Positions 27,299 through 36,621 of a stretch of 64,000 nt of DNA are shown here, piece by piece; position 1 is the stretch's first letter; the number at the start of each line of letters is the position of its first letter. The position numbers and the translations under genes were made by a program. This DNA comes from an uncultured Myxococcales bacterium (GTDB taxonomy: Bacteria > Myxococcota > Kuafuiibacteriia > Kuafuiibacteriales > Kuafuiibacteriaceae). The notes beneath the pieces were generated by a model. The model did no database searches. It saw only the letters and a program-made list of their open reading frames with translations, and was not told the origin of the DNA. The stretch lies in assembly GCA_964519665.1 (NCBI GenBank), contig CAZFIV010000008.1, positions 14,913 to 78,912 on the forward strand. Direction: 5' to 3'.

Positions 27299-29479
27299 CT
27301 ACTTCTTGAAAGCGCCGCCCACGGCGCCGTTGCCCCGGCTGCCTGGCGAACTCGACCGCTGTTGATTGGCCAGGAGCCGTAACCCCCGCGCCGCCTCAAC
27401 GTTGTTGGGTTCCCACTCCAGGCACCGCTGCCACCACTTTTGCGCCTCGACCGGATTGCTGCGAGCATACGAAATATTGCCGAGGTACTGGTACGCCACC
27501 GGCAGGTTCTCTTGCTCCTGCACGGCCTTTTTCAGCAGCTGTACGGCCTTCGAAAGGTTCACCGGAGAGTTCGGGTCGAGGCTGAAGGTGACCCAGCCCA
27601 GGGTGGCGAAGTAGATAGGGTCTGGGTTGAGACGTACGGCTTCGGCCAAGACTTGCTGCGCGTTCGGAAAGTCTTTGCGCCGGATCATGTTCATCGCCTG
27701 GTCAAAGAGCTGCTCGCCTCGCAGGATTTCATTCACATCGGTCGGCAAGCCTTTGGCTTTACGGTCGAGGTAAATGATGTACTCGGGTCGCTTGGTCGGA
27801 TCGGTGATCGTTTCGTAGGCTTCGGTGATGCGCGCGAAGATCTCATTGAGCTTTTGCTGCGCCGGGCCGAGGTCGACATCGGAAAACCCGTCTATGTGCC
27901 ACTTTTTGGCGAGCTCGAAGTAGGCAGCCTTAATGTCGGCCTCGGGCGTGCGGCGGGTCGCCCGAAAGATTTGAAAGAAGTCCTGCGACATAATTTCCGC
28001 GTGAAACCGGTTGACCCGCGCCTGGGCCCGCTGATCGGCACCGAGCGCTCCCCGAGCGGTGCCATCGTCAGGACCGTCGTCGAGCTCGAGCACCAGACTG
28101 CCGTTATCGCGGTCGAGGTTCTCGATTTCGGCCGCCGCCACGTTGACCGCGACCTCCATCGCGTTGTCGTCGTTGACTTCGGGCAGAACGGTCATGCCGC
28201 TGGTGACCAGCCCGAATAGTTGCGGCACGATCGTGGCCGCTTCGGAAGCACGAACCCGGGAGAGCTGCCGATACGTCTTGCTCCCGTCGATGTGACCAGC
28301 GACGGTCACCCCACCGAACACCCGCTGAAAGTACGGCAACAACCGCTCGAACTCGGTCGTCGGCACCAGCGGCACATCTTCGCGTCCGACGAAGAACTTC
28401 AGGATCTGAGGCGGATGCACGTGCTGCTTGATGCCTTCGAAGAGGACCTGGACAGGTTCGAAGCGACCTTCCGGCACTCGACCCACGAAGGCATCGGTTT
28501 CGCGCCAGCGATAATTCCCGAACGCCATCCCCAGAGCGAGCGGCAGGAGCTGCCCCGCCAGCAACTTGTAGGCCGTCGCAAGGTCGGCCTCGGTCACGAG
28601 CCGCAGCTCGAGCAGACTCTGCTGCAAGGTTCGGGCGCGGTCTTTCATGAACCGGAGGCACCGTTCGAAATCGGGCTCGGTAATGCGACCGCGGTGCAAG
28701 AGCAACGCGCCGACGTTTTCGCTCTCGGCGTTCGACTGCATGAAAGTCGGGTTGCCGTCGATGATGTAGATGCGGCGGTGGGTTCCCGCATCGTTGTTCA
28801 TGTCGAGCATGCCCGTTCCCCGGTCGTATCGAACCGTCGACAGCAGGAGGGCGACCGGCAACTCCTCGAGGGACCCGGCCTCCGCGAGTCTCGGAAAGGG
28901 CCGCCCATGAAAGACCCCATCGACGATCTCGCCCGCCTGGTCGGCCACCGAGGCGCCCGAAACGCCGGACAAGGCCGAGGTCACGGAGTACCCCCGCCCG
29001 GACACCGGGCGAGCCGCGTGGGCGGTCGCCAGTTCGGCCGGGTCGGCGTTGTGCAGCCGTAAAGAGGCGTGGCGCGCCGGCGGTTCCGACTCGAAGGCGC
29101 TCGTGGGTACGTCGAGCAACGCGTCCGCAATGATCTCCTCGAGTCTGCGCAGGTCGAGCGGCTTCGAGAGGAAATCCACGACCTGATACTTGTCGCGAGC
29201 TTCAACGGCGGTCTTCGGATTCTTGAATACCCCGCTCATCATCACGATCGCCGTGTGGGGCGCATCGCTCGAACGGATCGCCTCCGCCACCGCGAAGCCG
29301 TTTTTCTTCGGCAGCAGAAAATCGATGAGCGCGAGGTCGGGTCGAGACCGCTGGAAGGCCTCGATGCCATCCTCGCCATCCACCGCGACGGTCACCCGAT
29401 ATCCGCGGCCCTCCAGGTACTCGTGCAGCAAGTCCCGGATGGCCTCCTCGTCGTCTACGACCAGCACCCGATGCGGCAT
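27299..29479 (-). CDS. Response-regulator receiver fused to a DUF4388-like domain, a degenerate J-domain and C-terminal TPR repeats
   Basis: The receiver MPHRVLVVDDEEAIRDLL...DLALIDFLLPKKNG...LSKPLD has its Asp and Lys residues in place. A DUF4388-like block follows (LEELPVALLLSTVRYDRGTGMLDM...NVGALLLHRGRITEPDFERCL). The J-domain-like segment DFFQIFRATRRTPEADIKAAYFELAKKWHIDGF has HPD replaced by HID. TPR repeats follow at the C-terminus. I take the ATG at 29479 as the start. Confidence 0.8.
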   Translation of the reverse strand: MPHRVLVVDDEEAIRDLLHEYLEGRGYRVTVAVDGEDGIEAFQRSRPDLALIDFLLPKKNGFAVAEAIRSSDAPHTAIVMMSGVFKNPKTAVEARDKYQVVDFLSKPLDLRRLEEIIADALLDVPTSAFESEPPARHASLRLHNADPAELATAHAARPVSGRGYSVTSALSGVSGASVADQAGEIVDGVFHGRPFPRLAEAGSLEELPVALLLSTVRYDRGTGMLDMNNDAGTHRRIYIIDGNPTFMQSNAESENVGALLLHRGRITEPDFERCLRFMKDRARTLQQSLLELRLVTEADLATAYKLLAGQLLPLALGMAFGNYRWRETDAFVGRVPEGRFEPVQVLFEGIKQHVHPPQILKFFVGREDVPLVPTTEFERLLPYFQRVFGGVTVAGHIDGSKTYRQLSRVRASEAATIVPQLFGLVTSGMTVLPEVNDDNAMEVAVNVAAAEIENLDRDNGSLVLELDDGPDDGTARGALGADQRAQARVNRFHAEIMSQDFFQIFRATRRTPEADIKAAYFELAKKWHIDGFSDVDLGPAQQKLNEIFARITEAYETITDPTKRPEYIIYLDRKAKGLPTDVNEILRGEQLFDQAMNMIRRKDFPNAQQVLAEAVRLNPDPIYFATLGWVTFSLDPNSPVNLSKAVQLLKKAVQEQENLPVAYQYLGNISYARSNPVEAQKWWQRCLEWEPNNVEAARGLRLLANQQRSSSPGSRGNGAVGGAFKK

Positions 29480-29545
29480 CGCGTTTTGTCGGCCCCAGGA
29501 GGGCCCACCCTTCTCCCGTGATGGCCCTACCACGCGCCCCGACGG

Positions 29546-31951
29546 TCAGTCGACCGAGACGCTCCACGGGAACCAGGCGAGCGGCTCGGGGGCGCCGGAT
29601 CGAGTCGTCTCGAACGACAGCAGCGGGCCGAAGAGCTGTTCGACACCATCGGGCCATATCGGCGCCTCGTCGGGCTGCGCCGAGATGACACCGGCGTCTT
29701 GGGCCAACCGGATGGCGACGGGTAACGGTTCGATACTCTCCGGGAAATTGCTGATCCGGAACTCCGCATGGTCAGCCAAACCCGCTTCCTGGCGCGCCCG
29801 ACGGATCGCGTCGACCAGGCCGCCGATCTCGTCGACCAGCCCCCGTTCCTGGGCATCGAGCCCCGTCCACACGCGCCCCCTCGCGATCTTCTCGACTTGA
29901 GCTCGCTCGAGCTTTCGCCCCTCGGCGACCGTGGTCAGGAACCGCCGATAGGCGGCATCGACCCCCAGCCGCGCGATGCGACGCTCGGCCGCAGTCGAGT
30001 CCAGGAACGGGCTCGGGCTACCGATGCCGGGCCCGAGCCGCTCCGAGTTGATCCCGAACCGACGGACGAGTCCCTCGACCGAAAAGCGGAGCGAGAACAC
30101 CCCGATCGATCCGGTCAGCGTGGTCGGCTCGGCATAGATGACCTGCGCCCCGGAAGCCGCGTAGTAACCTCCGCTCGCCGCCACGTCCCCAAAGCTGGCG
30201 ATCACCGGCTTCTCTTCGGCGACCTTCCGTACGCCGCGGGCGATCAGGTCTGACGCGAACGCACCACCCCCAGGGCTGTCGACCCGCAGCACCACCGCCT
30301 TGATGTCGGGGCGGCGCCGAGCCTCTTCCAGCGCGCGAAGGATCGAAGTGGCGCCAACGTTCCGTCCAAATCCGAAAGGTAGATTGCGAGACGAGCCGGA
30401 CACGATCGTGGCGTCGATGTGGATGACCGCGATCGTGGGAGGGGGAGCCCACCGGGGACGTTCCGGTTGAAGCGCCCGTTCGCCCTGCGCGAAGGTTATG
30501 CGCCCTCGGTGCCGCTCGCGAACCCACTTCTCGACTTCATCCGGGTAGAGAACAGCATCGACCATATCGAGGGCGACCGCCTGCGTCGCAGTGACCGCCC
30601 CCCGCCGCAGGATCTTCCTGACCTCGGCATCGGGCAGCCCCCGACCTTCCGCCATCGCGAGCTCGAGCGTCGCCTGAATCCGGTCGAGCACCCGTCCCAG
30701 GCTCTCTCGCTGGGCCGAACTGATGCCGGACCGGGTAAAGGTCTCGGGGCTGGTCTTGTACTCTTCGCGACGGTGGACTTCGGCCTCGACACCGTAGCGC
30801 TCGAGCGCATCGCCGAAGAACAGCAGCTTGGCCTGCACTCCGTTGACGGCGAGGACCATCGCTGGCGGGATGATGATCGTCGAACAAGCGGTCGCGACGA
30901 AATACGACTTGTCGTCGGCCCCGGTAAGCTGGCAGTCGACACGACGGCCGGCTTGACGCAGCCTCTCAAGGCCGGCTCGGACCTCTTGTAGAGTTGCCCA
31001 GCCGACCTTCAGGTTTCCGATCCGCGCGAGCACGCCGACGACTTCGTCGTCTTGCCGCAACCGTTCGAGATACACGGGCAGCCCGCCGTAGGGGGCCGGC
31101 CGAAAGCCTCCGCGAAGCAGCGAAAAGGTCGGCTGGGGCCGGAGCCGGCCGGAGAGGTCGAGGACGGCGACGCGCTGGCTCCTTAGCACCGACGGCCGAC
31201 GATAGCCGCGAAGGGCCAGCTCCGCCGTGAACCCGATCTGGTCGTCGTCGACGACGTCGACCTGACCGGAGACCGACCCATATTCTCGCTGAAGGGTCAG
31301 TTGGACGAGGAACCGGCCGTCGAGGTCGCCCAACGCCCCGACCAAGAGCCCGGGGATCGGCTCGACCTCGCCGCGAAACGCTAGGTCGAGGCTGTCGCCG
31401 TCGAGCACCTCGTTCTCTTCGTAGCGCCACCGAACCCCCAAAGTGAGCCGAGGCGAGGGCCGAATGGCGAGCCCGGTGTCGTATTGCCGGTCGGAAACCG
31501 ATTGGGAAAGGTCGCGACTCGTGAAGCCGAGCGAAAGCCACCGGGACGGCCGAAGTTGGGCGCCGAGCGACCATACACCTCGGTCCTCGCCCTCGATCGG
31601 CCAGTCGATGGTGTACGAAAAGCCGAGGCTCAACGGCCCTCGGCCGGTCCCCAAACCCAACGAGAGCGCCCGGCGGAAGTCTCCGTTTTCGGCGTCCGCC
31701 TCGACGCCGAGACCGACCGTAGCGGCTCCGAACACGGGGAGAGCCGCGTAGCCGCCAAATCCGTAATCCGTATTCGAGAGGTCGGGCACAGAACGGTCGC
31801 GGCCCGCGAACAGCCGCAGCTCGGGGCCGTCGAGACGCCCCAGTCCCGCGGGGTTGAATCGCAGGGCGTATGCATCGTCGACCTCGGCCGGGAGTCGGAC
31901 CGGTACCGGGGCCGTCATCAGGAGGGCGGCCAACCCAAGCGCGGCGCTCAT
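29546..31951 (-). CDS. Signal peptide peptidase SppA (S49 family, two S49 domains) with a roughly 270-aa beta-strand-rich N-terminal extension
   Basis: The active-site region is DSPGGGAFASDLIARGVRKVAEEKPVIASFGDVAASGGYYAASGAQVIYAEPTTLTGSIGVF. An earlier degenerate S49 repeat is present. The internal Met at 31951 gives a signal peptide (MSAALGLAALLMTAPVPV). The N-terminal part has amphipathic beta-strand periodicity (LSLGFSYTIDW, WLSLGFTS, RLTLGVRWRY). Confidence 0.8.
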   Translation of the reverse strand: MSAALGLAALLMTAPVPVRLPAEVDDAYALRFNPAGLGRLDGPELRLFAGRDRSVPDLSNTDYGFGGYAALPVFGAATVGLGVEADAENGDFRRALSLGLGTGRGPLSLGFSYTIDWPIEGEDRGVWSLGAQLRPSRWLSLGFTSRDLSQSVSDRQYDTGLAIRPSPRLTLGVRWRYEENEVLDGDSLDLAFRGEVEPIPGLLVGALGDLDGRFLVQLTLQREYGSVSGQVDVVDDDQIGFTAELALRGYRRPSVLRSQRVAVLDLSGRLRPQPTFSLLRGGFRPAPYGGLPVYLERLRQDDEVVGVLARIGNLKVGWATLQEVRAGLERLRQAGRRVDCQLTGADDKSYFVATACSTIIIPPAMVLAVNGVQAKLLFFGDALERYGVEAEVHRREEYKTSPETFTRSGISSAQRESLGRVLDRIQATLELAMAEGRGLPDAEVRKILRRGAVTATQAVALDMVDAVLYPDEVEKWVRERHRGRITFAQGERALQPERPRWAPPPTIAVIHIDATIVSGSSRNLPFGFGRNVGATSILRALEEARRRPDIKAVVLRVDSPGGGAFASDLIARGVRKVAEEKPVIASFGDVAASGGYYAASGAQVIYAEPTTLTGSIGVFSLRFSVEGLVRRFGINSERLGPGIGSPSPFLDSTAAERRIARLGVDAAYRRFLTTVAEGRKLERAQVEKIARGRVWTGLDAQERGLVDEIGGLVDAIRRARQEAGLADHAEFRISNFPESIEPLPVAIRLAQDAGVISAQPDEAPIWPDGVEQLFGPLLSFETTRSGAPEPLAWFPWSVSVD

Positions 31952-32201
31952 CTGGCCCGGAAGGTACGGGGGTGTGCTCTTTGGAGCAACTACAGACCCT
32001 GGACGCCGATACAAAGAAGGCGTGAGACCCCCGCCCCATCCGGCCACCGCGGCCACTGCGAGTGCCAACCCGCAGCGAGCGGAGCGAGCGAAGACGGCCG
32101 GTGAGGTCGACCTTCAGGCTTCGCAGTGCACCCGTCGAGGGCCCGAGGCGTCGGAGCGCGGGCGGCGATTCGCGTACGTCGAAGCCCAGCGGGCCGAAGA
32201 A

Positions 32202-32543
32202 ATGGCTGCCTTGCGCAGCTCGCTGCGTCTGCTCGACCTCCTGGCGCGCAACGGGCGGGCCGACGGTGAAGACCAGGCCGAGGCGATGTTCCACCGCCAC
32301 CGACTTCCGTCGGGCAACGTGACGGCGACCATGGCCCTCGCGAGCCACCTCCGGCGGCAAGCGCGCAAGCGGGTCGGCAGTAAACCGGGCCCCCGCAAAA
32401 GGCGAAAGTGGTCGAAAGGGCTGCACCCCGGCTTATGGGCAGTCAGCGAAACCGGCACCAACCCGAACGAACGCGCCTATCAGCCGCGGGCCGTTCGCCG
32501 CGACGACACGATGTCCAATGTTGGCGTCGTTGCCATCCGTTAA
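32202..32543 (+). CDS. Small hypothetical protein (about 113 aa, basic C-terminus), not annotatable
   Basis: In this frame about 80% of third codon positions are G or C across 32150-32543. The region is otherwise a 490-bp gap between two minus-strand genes. The start codon is uncertain (ATG at 32202). Confidence 0.3.
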   Translation: MAALRSSLRLLDLLARNGRADGEDQAEAMFHRHRLPSGNVTATMALASHLRRQARKRVGSKPGPRKRRKWSKGLHPGLWAVSETGTNPNERAYQPRAVRRDDTMSNVGVVAIR

Positions 32544-32562
32544 CGACCCGACACAGCGACGA

Positions 32563-33966
32563 TCAGACCACGGCCGGGCGGCTCGATTCATCGAGCCCTT
32601 CGGCCTCCACCGGCGCCGCGACCCGCACCAATTCGAGCAGATTGGTCGTTCCGAGGGCGTCGGTGCGCGCTTGGTCGCCTCGTTGGAGACGTGCTCGAGC
32701 CAGCCGACCCGCTGGGTCGTCCTGTCGGCCCGCCACTTCCGCTTGAGTGCCGGCGGTCTGCAATACGTTGACGACGTCAGCGAGGGTCATCGACTCGAGC
32801 GGCCGACCAGGCACGTACGCGGTGTCTCGACCGTCGCGGGTCGACGTTTCCGCCAACAGCTCGGCCTCCACCAAGGCGCCGAGCACCAGCCGGGCCAACC
32901 GGGCCGAGATCCGTGCCTCGTCGAGCAACATCTCGATCGACATGACGCCTTGCCCTCGGTTGAAGTGATGCGCCACCGCCAACATGAGTCGCGCGGCGAC
33001 GAGTTCTTTTTCGCGCTGGGAGTTGGGGCGTTCGGGCTCGTAGGTTCCCGCTGACTGGACGGCGAACGTCACGGTCGCTCCCAGCAGCGCGACCGTCCAG
33101 CTAACGTACAACCAAATGATGAAGAGCGGAACCGCTCCCAGCGATCCGTAGATCGCGGAGTACGAGATCGCGTTCGCCGCGTACACCGCGTACAGCTGCT
33201 GGGCGATCACCCACAGGGTTCCGGCCACCGTGCCCCCGACGCCCGCGGAAGAGATAGCGACCCGCGTGTTGGGCATGAAATGATACAGCAGCGTAAACGA
33301 TACGCAGGTCAGAAACACCGGCACTACCCGGCCGAACAAGCCCACGATTGGGATCGTGTCGACGACCTGCTTCACCGCATCGCTCGCTTCGAAAGACGCG
33401 GTCAGAGACAGCGATAACCCCAGCAGCAGCGGTGCGATCGTGAGCAACGGCCAATAGACTTGGAACCGCTCCACCCAGCTCCGCCCCTTGGTGACGCCCC
33501 AGATGTCATTAAAGGCGGTCTCGATGTTGGCGAGGGTCGATATGACCGTGAAGAACAGCACAATCAGGCCGATCGCGCCCAGACGGCCTGCGTGCACCTG
33601 GCCCACGAACTGGTCGAGATAAGTGAGGACTTCGTCCTGGTTCTGAACCGCCAGCACGTTGACGATGAATCCCCGCAGCTGCTGTTGAACGTCTCGAAGC
33701 CCCCCAAACGCGGTAAAGATGGAGAACACCACCGCCAGCGCCGGTACCAGCGACAATAGGGTCATGTACGTGAGCGCGGCCGCTCGCAGCCGAATCCGCT
33801 CCCGACGGAACGCGTCTACGACAATGTAAAGAATCCTCGCCAAGAGGTAGAGCACCTCGGTCAATGGAGGCTGATCGGCGCGAAGGCGGTTGGCATCCCA
33901 TATCTCACGGGTCCAGAAGCGCTTCTGCTTCCGCCAGAGGGCGATCCAGTAATCGGCGCGCGCCAT
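32563..33966 (-). CDS. YihY/BrkB-family membrane protein with a C-terminal cytoplasmic extension
   Basis: The N-terminal signature is RAAALTYMTLLSLVPALAVVFSIFTAFGGL, and about 6 TM helices are present. The extra roughly 170-aa C-terminal domain is common in this family. Confidence 0.85.
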   Translation of the reverse strand: MARADYWIALWRKQKRFWTREIWDANRLRADQPPLTEVLYLLARILYIVVDAFRRERIRLRAAALTYMTLLSLVPALAVVFSIFTAFGGLRDVQQQLRGFIVNVLAVQNQDEVLTYLDQFVGQVHAGRLGAIGLIVLFFTVISTLANIETAFNDIWGVTKGRSWVERFQVYWPLLTIAPLLLGLSLSLTASFEASDAVKQVVDTIPIVGLFGRVVPVFLTCVSFTLLYHFMPNTRVAISSAGVGGTVAGTLWVIAQQLYAVYAANAISYSAIYGSLGAVPLFIIWLYVSWTVALLGATVTFAVQSAGTYEPERPNSQREKELVAARLMLAVAHHFNRGQGVMSIEMLLDEARISARLARLVLGALVEAELLAETSTRDGRDTAYVPGRPLESMTLADVVNVLQTAGTQAEVAGRQDDPAGRLARARLQRGDQARTDALGTTNLLELVRVAAPVEAEGLDESSRPAVV

Positions 33967-34007
33967 ATCCGCACCATAGCAGTCTCGTGTGGTAAACCAA
34001 CGATCCG

Positions 34008-35555
34008 ATGGTTGCGCGGCCCGATCGACCCATCGACGTCAGTGATCTCGACCTATCCGAGCTTTCCAAGGGCCCCTCGATTCGTCAGGATGCGCAAGCT
34101 CCGCTGCACCGCCTGCTGGGTCAGCCAGTGGGTCTCGAAGGCCTCTCCCGACTGTTTCAGCCGTCTTTCCCTGGCGTCCGGACCTTCGCCATCGGAGTCC
34201 GCGCAACGCCGGATCAAGCCGTCGAGCTCACGCTGGTCGGCATCGCCCGCGACGGCGTACCGGTATGGACGGGAACCCGCACGTTCAGTCGAGGGCCCAG
34301 CGGCGGCCTCGAAATGGACATCGGGTTCGATGAGGTCGATCCCCGCTTTCGCTCCCGCAACATCATCGTCGATGCGGTGACCCGGCAAGTTCAGCTATTG
34401 CGTCGACTCGACGGCAGTCCGCCGTGTCGGCTGACGATCGATGCCGACGGAACGGGCCGCTACGTGTGCGCGCTGCACGGCTTCGTCTTCGCCGATGAGA
34501 CCGAAGAAGGACCGTCGCCGCGCTCACGATGGGCAATGGCGCCGGCCGGCGACCGAGCGCGGATCATCGAAACGGGGCAGACGATCATCAAGGCTCACGC
34601 CGACCGACTGGGACTCGGCAAGCTCGCGTTGGAGGACGCGATCGAGCAGCTGCGAGCGGCTCGATCGGGCTGGGACCTGGCTCGGCTCAGCTTTTCGGAT
34701 TCGTCTTTTCCGCCCGACGCCGACTCCGATGAGGCCCTCGGCATCGGTCCCCTCGGTCGCGCGCTGCTGCTCGACGACTCGACGCCGGGCTGGCGCGGCG
34801 CGCTGTACCCCGACGAGCGGTTCTGGGAGCTGAACCAACGCGGCGACGCTTATCGTCGTCATAAAACCGCGCGTTCTCGAGCCAGGCTTCGACTCGAGGT
34901 CGAAATGGCGCGACAGGGGCTTTCGAGCCCCCATCGGGCCGAGCGCATTCGCAGTCTGGAGACGCTCGGTCGCGTCGGGGACCCATCGATTGTTCCAGAG
35001 CTGAACGCGTTCGCATCCGGCAAAGAACGGCGGATGGCCGCGCTGGCTCGGCGGATGCTGGACCTGATCCATGGCAACGGCCTTGCCGAACGGTTGTTGG
35101 AGTACGCAAACGATACGCGACATCCTACGCGGCAGAGGGCGTTGGCCTATCGCGTCTTGGCTGAACATTTCCCGAAGCATCTCGCCGAAAAAACCCCCAT
35201 GCTTCGTGTTGATCCGGACGCGCGCATCCAGCGGGCCGCCGTTCCTTTGGTCGCGCGGCAGCCGCATGACCCGGGCCCAGCCCTGGCCGCGATGCTGGCC
35301 GCAAACCCCCTCGACAGCGCCGACCGACAACGGCCGGGGCTCGCCGCACTGCGGCTCGACATCATCGAGTGGCTCACGATTTTGGCCGACCCACGGACGT
35401 TGCTTCCGCTCAGTCTCGCATTTCAAAATCAGCCACCGCCCCCGCCCGCAGAGGCGCTTGCTCTGTCTCGGGCCATCGTCACGTTCAACGATCCTCGCGC
35501 CAAGATGGTATTGCGCGCCGGCAGCTTTCCCCTGACCCGCCCCGACGTGCCTTGA
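34008..35555 (+). CDS. Hypothetical protein with C-terminal HEAT/PBS-lyase-like repeats, directly upstream of the MglA paralogue
   Basis: Repeated helical hairpins are present (ERIRSLETLGRVGDPSIVPELNAF; RALAYRVLAEHFP; DARIQRAAVPLVARQP). The roughly 200-aa N-terminal portion is mixed alpha/beta and unassigned. Confidence 0.6.
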   Translation: MVARPDRPIDVSDLDLSELSKGPSIRQDAQAPLHRLLGQPVGLEGLSRLFQPSFPGVRTFAIGVRATPDQAVELTLVGIARDGVPVWTGTRTFSRGPSGGLEMDIGFDEVDPRFRSRNIIVDAVTRQVQLLRRLDGSPPCRLTIDADGTGRYVCALHGFVFADETEEGPSPRSRWAMAPAGDRARIIETGQTIIKAHADRLGLGKLALEDAIEQLRAARSGWDLARLSFSDSSFPPDADSDEALGIGPLGRALLLDDSTPGWRGALYPDERFWELNQRGDAYRRHKTARSRARLRLEVEMARQGLSSPHRAERIRSLETLGRVGDPSIVPELNAFASGKERRMAALARRMLDLIHGNGLAERLLEYANDTRHPTRQRALAYRVLAEHFPKHLAEKTPMLRVDPDARIQRAAVPLVARQPHDPGPALAAMLAANPLDSADRQRPGLAALRLDIIEWLTILADPRTLLPLSLAFQNQPPPPPAEALALSRAIVTFNDPRAKMVLRAGSFPLTRPDVP

Positions 35556-35601
35556 CCCGCCGCTTGGCCGGTTGGAAACTCTCAGCTCCCAGCGGGTTTA
35601 C

Positions 35602-36621
35602 ATGCCGACTTACAACTACAAGTCCCGCGAGCTCATCGCGAAAATCGTCTACTACGGCCCCGGTCGGTGCGGTAAGACCACGAACTTGCAGCAGATCCAC
35701 GCGCGGATGCGTCCGGAAACGCGAAGCGACCTGCTCAGCGTGGCGACCGAAACCGATCGCACGATCTACTTCGACCTGCTGCCTCTCAATCTGGGGACCA
35801 TCAGCGGGATGAAGTTCATGGTCCGGCTCTTTACGGTTCCGGGTCAGGTCTACTACAGCGAGACGCGCAAGCTAGTCCTAAAGGGCGCTGACGGCATCGT
35901 CTTCGTCGCTGATTCCCAAGACCACATGGTAGATGAGAACCGCCAGTCGCTTCATGACTTGAAGACGAACCTGGCGGCCAACGGGCTCGATTACAACACG
36001 ATCCCGCTGGTGCTGCAGTGGAACAAGCGGGACTTGCCGCATCTCATCCCCGAAGCGGAGCTCGACTCGACCTTGAATGACCGGGGCGTCAAGTCGATCA
36101 ACGCCGTCGCGTCGCAGGGCACCGGCGTACTCGAAACCCTCCGCCATATTACTCTGGCCGTGTTCAATCACATCAAGGCTGGGGGCCAGGTCGGTCCGGC
36201 GCCCCGCGCTCGGCCGGGCCAAGCGATGCCTCCTCCCCCGCCGCCGCCCGAAGGGACCGCGAACGCCAGCGGGCCGACAGCACCGCCCAGTGAAGCCCCC
36301 GGAGGCCGGCAGGCGGTCGGCACCGTCGCTCCCGGTTCGTGGTCATCGTCCATCCCGCGCGCGAACCCCGGCCCCGACGCGAGTGGGGCCGCCACACCAG
36401 CCGTATCGGCAAGGCAACCTGCACCACCGCCGCCTCCGCCGCGCGAGGGACCTTCGGGCATGGCGATCAGCGCCGATATGGTGGTCGAAGAGTTCAAGCA
36501 TCTCGCGGTGGTTCAAAGCCAGATGAGCGAGCGCCTGAGCTCACTCGAAAGCGAGCTGGCTCGACTTGGGCGCGAAAATCAAGAGATCCGCGAGATATTG
36601 GCACGACACATCCGCGCCTGA
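35602..36621 (+). CDS. MglA-family Ras-like GTPase with a roughly 150-aa Pro-rich plus coiled-coil C-terminal extension
   Basis: The product is about 55% identical by eye to M. xanthus MglA over about 195 aa. Shared features are the P-loop YYGPGRCGKTT, the switch region TETDRTIYFDLLPL (Arg-finger-equivalent R), TVPGQ (catalytic Gln), NKRD and a terminal KAGG. Then follow PPPPPPPEG...PPPPPPREG and a heptad coiled coil (EEFKHLAVVQSQMSERLSSLESELARLGRENQEIREIL). An ATG at 35602 is in frame with the longer track ORF. Confidence 0.85.
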   Translation: MPTYNYKSRELIAKIVYYGPGRCGKTTNLQQIHARMRPETRSDLLSVATETDRTIYFDLLPLNLGTISGMKFMVRLFTVPGQVYYSETRKLVLKGADGIVFVADSQDHMVDENRQSLHDLKTNLAANGLDYNTIPLVLQWNKRDLPHLIPEAELDSTLNDRGVKSINAVASQGTGVLETLRHITLAVFNHIKAGGQVGPAPRARPGQAMPPPPPPPEGTANASGPTAPPSEAPGGRQAVGTVAPGSWSSSIPRANPGPDASGAATPAVSARQPAPPPPPPREGPSGMAISADMVVEEFKHLAVVQSQMSERLSSLESELARLGRENQEIREILARHIRA

